DNA of 64,000 nucleotides from Malacoraja senta. Its lineage: Eukaryota. Positions 52,925-64,000 of this stretch are shown piece by piece (within the stretch, counting starts at the first letter, position 1; each line of letters starts with the position of its first letter). The stretch is taken from NCBI GenBank assembly GCA_038087875.1, contig CM075989.1:12092001-12156000 (forward strand), given 5' to 3'. Both the position numbers and the translations under genes were made by a program. Under the pieces are notes generated by a model, which saw only the letters and a program-made list of their open reading frames with translations, was not told where the DNA came from and ran no database searches.

Positions 52925-53510
52925 ATATGAGGAGGGGGGAGGGGGAAGAAGAAAGCTAGAAGAGGTGAGAGGCAGGGCAAAGTGCGGCAAGTTATAAATG
53001 GACACAGGTGAGGGGGGATTTTGATAGGCAGATGATTGGAACAAGGGCCAGAGATAAATGCATGGGGTGTGCAACAGGGTTGGAGTTGTGAATTGCAGAG
53101 CTAGATGCAGGAAACTAGCAGAAGGGGAGGGGAGGGGAGGGGAGGGAAGGGGGGGGGTATGTTGGAATCTAGGTGGGGCACAGGGAAGGAGCAAGTGAGA
53201 GGGGAGAAAACAAGGGGGGGACTGTGGGGGGGAGGGGGGGAAGGGGGGGTCGGTGGGAGCCTTTTAGTAGGAGGTTACCTAAAACTGAAGAATTCAATGT
53301 TCATACTGTTGGGTTGTAAGCTACTTAAGTGGAATATGAGGTGCTGTTCATCCAGTTTACATGTGGTCTCCCTCTGGCAATGGAGGAGGCCCTGAGTAAA
53401 ATGGTCAGTATGGGCAAGTGGAGAGGAGTTGACATGGTTAGCAACCAGGAAATCCTGTAGGCCTTGGCTTTAGAAACTAAACAAAGTGTAAGAGTAAACA
53501 GGTCACTCTC
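52925..53510 (-). mobile_element. Penelope fragment
   Basis: AATTCAATGTTCATACTG...AATATGAGGTGCTGTTC...GGCAATGGAGGAGGCC, matching the other PLE copies. Confidence 0.75.
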
Positions 53511-56116
53511 CATTTGGTATTTTGAGATCGATTGGGTACTGCAGCGATTGGTGCTCAGATCCCAACAATAGTATTCACAATTTATGTCACCTATTTAGCT
53601 ATAGGGTCCAAATGTAATATTTCCATTTTTGCTTATGACAAAGGAGGGAATAGGAATATTGATAAAGAAAATGACATGAGGTAGAAACTGTTCATTTAAC
53701 ACATCCCAAGCATGAGGGGCTAAATGGCCTACTTCTCCTACCTATGGTCTATCAACTGCTGGGGCTCTGGGCTCACTCCATGTTCTGTCCATTGACTGTA
53801 GAGGCTGCTGGTTTCGACTTGACTTTCCCCTCCATCAGATATAGAGGTGTTGTACCTTACATCTCCCACCATCAATTAGAGGAGGCACTGGTCACATACT
53901 CAAACGTTTTTCCACTTACTAAAGTGTGTGCTGGTGTTGCAATAAACAATAGGTACAGGAGTAGGCCATTTAGCCCTTCGAGCCATTCAATATGATCATG
54001 GCTGATCATCCATAATCAGAACCCCATTCCTGCCTTCTCGCCATATCCCCTGACTCGATCTAACTCTCTCTTGAAAGCACTAGACATTTCCTACTATCAA
54101 CTGCATTGTCCCACATGTGGTGTTCTCTACTATCAACTACAGGTGGTACTGAACTCTCACCCAACCTCTTTCTATTGACAGCAGGAGTCACTGGTTCCCA
54201 GCCAACATTCCCTATAATTTTCATTCCCTATAATGAACTGCATTGTGATGATTTCACTCAACATTCCATTCTTCCAGCTGCAGCAAGTGCACCAGATATT
54301 CATTACCATCAACTGCAAAAAGGCAATGGGGGTCACACTCAGAATTCCTTCCCATAAACTATACGGGATGTCCGATTACGGAATGCCCGATTTACAGAAA
54401 TCCAACTTTTCACAAATTCTCCCATAAACATTTCAAGAATATTTAGAATAGGAAAGTTGGTTAGAAAAATGGAAATAACTACAGGAGTTATAGAATAATG
54501 ATTAATTCAAAATACAACCAGTCTTCAAAAAATGTTTACATGTAACCTTCCTGCAGTAATCAGGGACCATTGTCTGTTAAGAATGCAGGTGCCAGTTCAT
54601 GGCGGGAGGCAATTTAAGAGATGTGGTTCGGAAACTGACAATGCGATCTCTTCTATTCATCTTGTAAAATACTTTATCAAACAATGTGACATCCATTTAC
54701 AGTTTAAGGCCACTGAAACTAGCCACTAGTCGTGTGACATTCTGATTCTGTACCATTGTAACTATGCAGGGTATGGCAATAAATAAATGTTCATGATAAT
54801 CAACCTTATTGAAATTGTTCATTTCGGACTTATGGAAAAAGCGGTTTATGAACAATTCTCAGGAACAAAACCTTTACAATAACCTGGGGACTGTTCTGCT
54901 TTGGAGCATTGGTCTCCAAGCCAAGGCCACCCTAGGTATCCCTAGGTTAAAGATTATCTCACATACAAATCTTAGTGTATCCCGAGGTTAAAGATGATCT
55001 CACAAACAAATCCCACTCTCTACAAATGCTCCCAAACATTTTTAAAGCAGTTTTCAAGATTGTTTTGCTGCATTCATTCATATATATATATTTCATTAAT
55101 TTAATTATAGGTAGTGTTAGGATGAATAGTCAATGAAATTATAGAATAATAGCATGTGTCTGTAGATACAATTTGGGCTATTATGAAAAAACTGATATTT
55201 GGGATAATTGACTTTGCAGACAGTTCCCAGGAACTGTCATAACCCAGGGACTGTCTATATTGAAAACTAAATAGAACCAGTGTTCTGGAGACACCAAAAA
55301 GATTTCCTAACACTATGCACTGATTTCAAACCTTAGAGATTCCCAATTTTCCTACTGACTCAGAAATGATTACTTGCCAAATGACAGCAGATGGGAAAAT
55401 AATTTTTAACAAGTAGACCTCAACTTATTGTAAACATTAATGTTATCACCATCAGAGTGCCATATTTTCCCAATGAAATCTGTCCAAACGCCAGCTCCAT
55501 ATTGACATAGCTGCATTGTTTTAGTTACGAAATGATGTCAAACCCTCCCAGCCCTTCCAGTCCTATGCTTATGAAACATTTCATTATAATGGAAGTAGAA
55601 TTGGCTTTCTTTTTTTAAGACAATATATTTGTGGGTTAATCCTTGTTGTGAATCAGTATTTCCTTAATTATGATACATCTTGAAATATAATGTTTATATT
55701 AGTAATCTAACATCCTATGTTGTAGAGTTCAAATACCATGGGGTTTTTTGTCCACGCCAGATTTAGATATTATTCTGCATCTAGGGGTTCAAATAAAACC
55801 TGCTTTCACTTCCAAAGCTGTATTATATTAAAAGAAGAGGAAATGACAGAAAATATGTTCTGAGCTTTGGTGTCTCTTGCATGGCTGGTAGAACGCAGTC
55901 ACTGTGGTGTATTTAGCAGATGCAAAGAATGTATATGTATATATAATTTACGATATCAGAAAGGCATGGTTAATCACAAGCTTCACAAGCCACTATTTTG
56001 GCAAGAATTATTATCTGCTATCTGATTTCATACTGTGTTTGCTGGCTTCTTATCTGCTTCTGCTGATATTTTTTTGATAATGCCTCACCTTGATAGTTGT
56101 TACTACCTGTGATCCT

Positions 56117-56362
56117 GGGCCTGTCCCAGTTAGGCAATTTTTTAGGCGACTGCCAGCAACTAGGACAATGGAATTCACAGAAGTAAGCACCAGCGACAAC
56201 CTACATCACCTGGCTACAACCTACGTTAACCTGGCGACAACCTACGTTAACCTGGCGACAACCTACGACAGCACCTACAACGACCTATGAGAGCCCAGAT
56301 TGTCACCACTGTCGCCGAAAATTTTTCAACATGTTGAAAAATCGCCTAAGTGGGACAGACCC
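56117..56362. mobile_element. MITE, possibly PIF/Harbinger-type
   Basis: ~26-bp terminal inverted repeats GGGCCTGTCCCAGTTAGGCAATTTTT and AAAAATCGCCTAAGTGGGACAGACCC; internal 21-bp tandem repeat ACCTGGCGACAACCTACGTTA, about three copies. Confidence 0.75.
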
Positions 56363-57169
56363 ATTAGGACCGATTAAATATTGAAATGCACATATGTAGG
56401 TTGGAGAATGCAGGCACATGTTAACATGTTTTTTTCTGCCAATGATTTCTCTGAATGCCTATGGCAAATACATTCATTAATTTCTTGTAAAAACGAACAG
56501 GTTTCTACGAATATACAAAATAAGCGGAGGATTAGGCTACCTGACTCTCGTCTGCTCAATCAATAACCAAGATCCTGACAGATCTGATTGTATCCTCAAC
56601 TCTGCTTTCCCGTTTCCCTGAGATAACATTTCACATCCCATCCCAGACCTAATCAAGAATTGATCTACCTCTGGCTTAAAAATATTAGGAATCTGCTTCC
56701 ATAAAAGGAAGCAGTCTCTTCAGATCCATGCTTGTTGAAAGTCCTCAGAATCGTTTATGTTTCAATCAGTTCCCCTGTCACTTTTTTAAACTCCTGAGAA
56801 TATGATCTGGACTGTTCAACATTTCCTTGTCAGAAATGTTGAACCCACATTCCAGTTATCAGTCTAGTAAACCTCTGAACTGCATCCAAATGCATTAACA
56901 TCCTTCCGTATAAAGGAGAACAATATTGTGTGTAGCACTCCAAATAGAGTTACAACAATACATACACACTGAAGTATACCCTCCCTATTTTATATTTAAT
57001 TCCCCTTGGCATGTCTGCATTCTAGATTTTTGAGGGCTCAGGGTATTCCAAAGTCCTTTGTAGCCAATGAAGTTCTTCTGAAATATAGTCACTGCTATAA
57101 GTGAAGGAAACAGGTCAGCCACTTTGCACAGAGCACACTCTCTTGCAGAACAAGATTATATTTCAGTAA

Positions 57170-57622
57170 GGTACACAAAAATGCTGGAGAAACTCAGCGG
57201 GTGCAGCAGCATCTATGGAGCGAAGGAAATAGGTAACGTTTCGGGCCGAAACCCTTCTTCAGACTGATAGGGGGTGGGGAGAAGAAAGGAAAAAAGGAAA
57301 AGGCGGAGGAGGAGCCCGAGGGCTGGGGGAGGGGAGGAGACAACAAGATGGCTGATGAAGGGGAGGGGACAGCCAGGGCTAGCTGAATTGGGAGAATTCA
57401 ACGTTCAGGCCACCAGGATGTAGACTGCCCAAGCGGAATATGAGGTGCATTTCCTCCAATTTACGGTGTTGCTCGCTGTGGCCATGGAGGAGACCCAGGA
57501 CAGAGAGGTCAGATACGGAATGGGAGGGGGAGTTGAAGTGCTGAGCCACCGGGAGTTCAGGTTGGTTATTGCGGACCGACCGGAGGTGTTCGGCGAAACG
57601 ATCGCCAAGCCTCCGCCAAGCC
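57170..57622 (-). mobile_element. Young Penelope 3' fragment inserted in a DeuSINE-like remnant
   Basis: GIY-YIG C-terminal coding sequence plus pLTR; TSD TCAGTAA at 57163-57169 and 57623-57629. Confidence 0.88.
57232..57262 (-). ncRNA. Minimal hammerhead ribozyme motif
   Basis: CUGAAGA-A-GGGU(UUCG)GCCC-GAAA-C-GUU-ACC. Confidence 0.6.
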
Positions 57623-57765
57623 TCAGTAACTTTGTTTGAGAGATAATATTGGCTCAGGAAGAGAGGAGTACACCCTTACCGTCTTCAAAATTGTGCCACC
57701 CATCTGACAGGCCTTTTCTGAAAAATGTATCTAGGCAAAGGTGAAGTAGAAAACAACTATTCTCC

Positions 57766-57965
57766 TTTAGATATAAAATGCTGGAATAACTCAGTGGGTC
57801 AGGCAGCAACACTAGAGAAAATGGATAGGTGACACTTTGGGTTGAAACGTCACCTATCCATTTTTTTCAGAGATACCACCTGACCTGCTGAGTTATTTCA
57901 GCACTTTATGTCTATCTTTGGTGTTAACCAGCATCTGGTGTTAACCAACCAATTCATTTTTATTA
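57766..57965. mobile_element. Fold-back PLE-derived unit
   Basis: ~70-bp inverted arms; TSD TATTCTCC at 57758-57765 and 57966-57973. Confidence 0.8.
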
Positions 57966-58481
57966 TATTCTCCATTGGACCTATGTATCACTGTAGACAG
58001 CACATACAACAATAAAAATCAACCCTGTATCAAGGATGGTCAATTTGTTTTGTTATATGTAATCGTTTCAGCACATCATCTTGTTCATAGATATCTTACC
58101 ACCACTTCCATTGAATTCTACCCTCTTTCGCACATGTAGGCACTGAAATCGAATACAATAAATCCTGCTGTTTAATAATAACAAGGCTAATGTGCATTAC
58201 TGGAGGCAGGAAGTTCATCAAATTTAAGTCAGTGGGCTTAAGGAAAAGGTAGCATTTTGCTTTGTTCTATCAAGCCAATTACTCTGTTAATAATTGCAAC
58301 ATCTCAAACTCATTAAAAATGAAAAGTTCAAGCAAATATAATTTACACTAGGAGCATAATTATACGATATAACCTAGGTTGTATTAGTATGTTTCTTTCA
58401 AAGTATTATTTGCGAGTAAATTTAAATTCTGCTCTGTTTAATGAGAAAATATATGTACAAGTAAATACTTCTTTGTCTACC

Positions 58482-58723
58482 AAGGTTGACACAAAATGCT
58501 GTAGTAACTCAGCGGGTCAGGCAGCATCTCTGGAGTAAAGGAATAGGTGAAATTTCAGGTCAGAACCCTTTTCAGACATCTTCACACCCAGTCTGAAGAA
58601 TGGTTCTGACCCGAAACGTCACCTATTCCTCTGCTGCAGTGATGCTGCCTGACCCGCTGAGTTACTAGAGCATTTTGTGCCTATCTTTGGTATACACCAG
58701 TGTCTACAGTTCCTTCCTACACC
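58482..58723. mobile_element. Fold-back PLE-derived unit with central hammerhead motif
   Basis: ~95-bp inverted arms; CTGAAGAATGGTTCTGACCCGAAACGTCACC at 58593-58623; 11-bp TSD CTTTGTCTACC at 58471-58481 and 58724-58734. Confidence 0.85.
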
Positions 58724-59084
58724 CTTTGTCTACCTATGATAGATGACTGAAATAATAATCTTACTTGGCAGTTTGCAGTTTCAAAATACATCAACATGTA
58801 TGGATTTTTCTTTTTAAATCACCTTAAATTCTTGTCTGTGGCAAGATTCCCACAAATCCAGACACATTCTGAAGGATGTTACATTTTTAAGGGAAATTTG
58901 AGAAAGGACAAGCTTTTTGGAAAAGCCAATTTTCGTACAGCTCTAATTTTGTCTGTTGTCCTAAGTGTTTGCCATTGTGTAAATAATGTGATATGTATTT
59001 GCTTAGTTTGTACATTTAATATCTATAAATAAGCAAGTTTCCCCAAGATGGAATCTGCGAATGATGGCCTGCACCAACAAGATG

Positions 59085-59575
59085 AACATCATTTGGAGAG
59101 TCCCTGCAAGGTTTGCAACCAGTCTGAGCAGCAACCTTCCACCATCACCCTCTGCTTCCTTCCATGAAGCCAATGTTCTATCCATTCAGCTTTCTCCTTA
59201 GATCCATGTGATCTAACCTTCCAGAGCGGCCGTCCATGCGGAACCTTGTCGAATGCTTTGCTGAAGTCCATATGCAATATCTACATCTCTGCCCTCATCA
59301 ACCTTTTTGGTCTTGTCTTCAAAAAAGTCAATCAGATTTGTGAGACATGATCTCCCATGTACAAAACCATGCTGACTATCCCTAATCAGCCCTTGCCCAT
59401 CTACAGTAAATGCCTGTATATCCTATCCCTCAGGATACTCTCTAGTAACTTTCCAACTACAGATGTTAAGCGCGCTGACCTATAGTTCCCAGCATTTTCC
59501 CTGCAGAACCTTCTTGAATAGAGGCACAACATTTGCCACCCTCCAGTCTTTCGGTACATCTCCTGTATTTAAAGA
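59085..59575 (-). mobile_element. CR1 RT fragment
   Basis: HMDFSKAFDKVPHGRPLWKVRSHG...WLHGRKQRV. Confidence 0.88.
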
Positions 59576-60514
59576 GTGCAAGGCTTAACTACCAAAGCAG
59601 ACTAAAGTACAAAATCGATTTAAGGGATATTGAAAAGTACAACCTTACTGATGAAAGTCAATTCAAGAAAGTCAAACTTTAGCTAGGCCCACTCAATTTC
59701 AATTTGGGGGTGGGGGAGAGGATGGGTGGAGAGTTGCAGATCTTGTGTGGAAGAACTAAGTTTAGCCTCTATTTGTGTTCTCTGAATATAAATAAAATGG
59801 CATTTTGTAATCTGCCAATATCCTCAAGCTTGAATGGTTCTGATGCTAACAAGAAAAGATATTCACAAATTTATTATGGGTACAAGATGATTTAATGCTT
59901 GAGATGTTTGGAGTTATTATTATGCCTGTGGTGGACAGGAGGCAATATTTTTGAACATATATATTACTCTACAGACTGAAACTGACTGAAATCAACTGGA
60001 GTACATGTTATTTTATAATGATATAATGATATGTCAACGTTTTTGTTTCATTTAGAGATTTTAAGATATCTATGTATTAGTGATCTTTTAGTGAGCATCT
60101 AATCGGTAATTCAATAATTTAAAAAAAACATTTATTCTATTTCTTTAACTCTCAGTTAATTTACAGCTTTCTTGCAACAAAGTAGATTCAGAGGGAATCT
60201 GAAAATGGCTGAAGAACCAGGCACAGAAATATCACTGTTTGACTAACAGCATCACCACCAAGAGTCCCTCATAACTACGGTTATGTTTTCAAAGTCTCCA
60301 GGAAAAAAACAATCTGTCATGAATGCCCGACACCCTGCCTGCTCTCCAAAAATGACTAATTTGCAGAGTGGAGCCTTCATTCTAAAACTAGCTTCTGGGG
60401 TTCAAGAGGCTGCAGATGCTGGAATCTGCTTAACATTTCTGGTAGATGATCCCCTTGCCTCCACAAATGCAACTTGACTAGCTGAGTTCATCCAACAGTT
60501 CTTTTTCCGTTTGT

Positions 60515-61085
60515 TTAAGGATGTAATGCTGGGTCTTTTTCAGGGGCTGATGAGGCCACATTTGCAATATTATGAGCAGTTTTGAGCCCCATGTCTGAGG
60601 AAGGATATGCTGGCTTTGGAGTGTGTCCAGAGGAAGTTTATGAGAAAGGATCCCGAGGATGATTGGGTTAACGTATGAGGAGCGTTTGAAGCTCTGGGCC
60701 TCTATTCAATGGAGTTTAGAAGGATGAGGGGGGAATCTCATTGAAACCTACCTGAAAATAAAAGGCCTAGTAGTGGATGTGGAAAGGACGTTTCCAGTAA
60801 TGGGAGAGTCTAGAAGCAGAGGACACATCCTCAGAATAAAAAGATGTTCCTTTAAAATGGAGACAAGGAGGAATTTCTTTAGCCATAGAGTGGAATTGCC
60901 ACAGACATTGGAGGCCAAGACATTGGGTATTTCTAAGGCAAAGATTGATAGATTCTTGATTAGGAAAGGCATTAAAGGTTAGGGGGAGAAGGCAGAAGAA
61001 TAAGTTTGAGTCAGAAAAATCGATCAGCCATGATTGAATGGACTGAATGGCCTAGTTCTTATCCTGGTTTGATGGTCTTATGGCT
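60515..61085 (+). mobile_element. CR1 3' fragment
   Basis: DVERTFPVMGESRSRGHILRIK...RRNFFS; GATCAGCCATGATTGAATGG. Confidence 0.85.
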
Positions 61086-64000
61086 TAAGACTAACAGTTG
61101 TTGCATTATCACTGACCAGGGAAGCCTTTGCACCAGCCAATGCAGATGTACTAAATACGATTTACAGCATGTTTTCTCCCCTGACTACTGCATGTCATTG
61201 GCATTGGGGGCTTTGAAATGGTTTGTAAAGACTCAACAGGTAGATTAATATTCACAAATTCAGCCAGACCCAATTCATTCTCACTTCTGGATCAGCAGCA
61301 CTACCAAGCAGAATTTGTTATTTAAAAAAACACCAAATACTGATTAGTTTCTTGTGGAATTACATAGGAGTCAAAAGTTAGTTCAATCACTGGATAAAAA
61401 ACAAGACACATTTGCTTGTCCTGAGTTCACTGCTTCAGTACAAATGCGAAGTGACTTACAACAAGCTGGAATTAGTTCAACATGAAACTGTGATTCACTA
61501 GGTTGTAATTGGGGCAGATGTTAACTCATGGAGAGATTTTGGACCACCGGGCATTCGCAGGTTATTGGGGCTAGGCGGGAAATTGAAGATGAGACTAATG
61601 AACAGATCAACTATGACCTTACCAAATGGCAGAGTGGGCATTAGGTAATATGGTCTATTCCTGCTTTGCTCTCTTATCTTCTTAGATGATATAATATTCC
61701 AACTCCACAGTAAATAAGAGCTACTACAAAGAAATAAGGAAACAATGATTGCCTGCAGAATGCTGAGTTTACAGATCTCAACGTTATAGCAGTAACAATG
61801 ATGCAGCTGCTCTCAAAGGGATGTGTCTATGTAAGCAAACAAGGTCATGCCACATTACAAGGTGGGGTCACACTTTGTTCCTATATTCTTAACAGCCTCT
61901 ATGGCAAGGTACGAGTTTCAGATGGAAATTATGGGTATTTGTGAATACGGAACCATATTTTATGCACATTATTCATTCTATTCTTGCAGTTACTGTACAT
62001 TTGGTGAATCCTCAAGGTATACCAAGTAGCATATTCTTGCACTCCAGAACAGGCTCATTTCAATAAGGCAACATGGTACTTAGTGTTAAATGTCAGAACA
62101 GCAACAAATTGAAAGAATTTCACAATTTTAATATTTTTCACAACTTTCAGAAATTTTAAAGCATTGTTACACCAAATGAGGTACTTACAAAGCATAGTCA
62201 CTACTGTAATATAGGAAATAATACAGCAATGTTCACAGATCAAACTATTATTGACAATATCTAGGTATGCATTTTTATTGATGACGATAGGGATAAGTAC
62301 AGTTTAGGGCATAAGGGGAAAACCTGTCTGCTCAACTTCAAAACATGGCTGTTGGGTCGTTCAGATGAGGCCTGGTTAACATTTCACCTAAACCATACCT
62401 ACAACACCTAAAACATAATGGTACAGCACTCATCAATATTGGACATAAACTTTGCCTTATATTTTATGGTCAAGTCTTTAAACTAGAAATCTATTGATAC
62501 AGAGACAAGCGTGGTACCCACTAAGCCAGAACTGATATGTGGGACAGGAGGGAAAAATGGAAAACGATAAGGAGAGCTGGAAGTTGGTAATCAATTCTTT
62601 ATTAAGCATTTCATCAGCCAGTGCATTCACAAGCATGACAATATTGTGAATAACAGGATGATCCTATGTCAAAAAATCAATCCCATCTGAAATACAGGCC
62701 ACCAACATTGAGCATGTGAAAAGATTCAGAGAGAACGCTCTACTAGAAAGGCAGAGTAGAAAAAAAGTGACAGTTCAACTACTCTGAGTGTGTCGAGAAT
62801 TGCTCCTATAACTGAAATATAAACGAAAAGACACATATATAGTGGACTATATCTTTTTTAAACTACTCTGCTGAGGATTGATTCAGAACGAGTTTACAAG
62901 TGGTCAGACACCTAAAATTTAACAAATATGAACAAACTTTTAGACGGCTTAAATTCTGAATTTATATGCCATAATTACACAATAATTAAAAGGAGGTCAA
63001 ATGATGTTTGATGTACCAATCAGAGATTGTGGTTACAAAACATAACCATAATTCAATTTTTTTTTAAATAATTTCCTTGCTGGGAGTATGTAAATGTTAA
63101 AACAACACAATCCATATCCTACTAGACATCTCTCAATTTCACTATGAGAGATTGCCAAAAAGGAAAAAGCCTTTGAACTGTTAAAGCTAACAAGAATCAT
63201 AATGACAATCCTCCAGCAGTTTCATCCCGACAATTGGCCTATTTAGCAACAATTATTGAAGAAGCAAGTTACCCTGAAGTCTCTTCAAGCTCTACAAATT
63301 ATTTATAGCTCCAAAACAGGTCAATGTAGTCAAGTGGTCTATGTCAGTATTTATTTTGGAAATTATTATTTTTATTATGTTTTTATACATGGGTATGAGA
63401 GAATCAAGGAGATCACATATTCTACTCTGAACTGCACAAAAAGATAAAACATCCTCATCTACTTGTTCATACTCCAACAATTAGATGTCTCCTCTCTCTA
63501 GTCAACACAAAAGTTGGATAATTGTAATTGAATACTTAATTCTGGCTTTCAAGTTTTTATCTGACCAGTTAAAGCTGCTGGTTAATCTTAAGGATACAAG
63601 ACAATGCATTTGTTTTGTTACTAGATGCCAAAATAACATATGAATACAAGAGGAGAGATTGTAACTGTAGCCAGGCTACCAGGTAAGTTCTTTTATTTTA
63701 AAATAAGCAGATCAAGTGAAATTTCTAAGGAGGAAAAACGCCAATTAACACGAACAGAGAAATAAGACGATGGCTTATCGACCTCACCTCTACTTTCCTA
63801 TCCATTCCCATATCCTATAATTCAATTAGTATCTAAAGCTTTAATAATCTCTCCTGGGTGTACTATGTATCTGAGTAATATCCAATAACCCATTCACTGA
63901 CCCCTTATCCTGAGACCTATGCCAACTCACTACCAGAGCAACTCACTAGATCTCAATTTTTCATCCGAGATGTACTTTCTTCTGTAAACATGCCTCTCCC

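Noticed and set aside
56208..56290. CRISPR-like repeat array
   Set aside because: The repeats are contiguous with no unique spacers, and they lie inside a eukaryotic MITE.

Overview
Repeat-rich vertebrate genomic DNA, most likely from a cartilaginous fish (skate or ray). This is inferred from HE1/V-SINE-like and DeuSINE-like SINEs, abundant CR1 LINEs, and Rex1 and Penelope elements. There is one intact host gene, ANKRD34C (main coding exon 50330-51943, + strand). A CpG-rich putative promoter and first exon lies near 45.3-46.7 kb, and an RE1/NRSE site lies in the putative intron 1. The rest is mostly transposon-derived. Highlights: (1) a Helitron-type element (~423-1602) carrying a frameshifted, GC3-rich captured exon with its splice donor. 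(2) A two-LTR endogenous retrovirus (31124-37377, minus strand) with a TATG target-site duplication (TSD), an exact tRNA-Pro primer-binding site (PBS) and a polypurine tract (PPT). It has a decayed gag with a CCHC knuckle but no recognisable pol or env, and its 3' LTR has a U3 deletion. (3) Several Penelope-like elements (PLEs) with minimal hammerhead-ribozyme motifs, including short TSD-flanked fold-back units. (4) A predicted spliced uORF and N-terminal extension in the ANKRD34C leader. (5) Young CR1 copies, one with a 711-codon open RT frame. All calls were made by eye with no database searches, and boundaries of old repeats are approximate.
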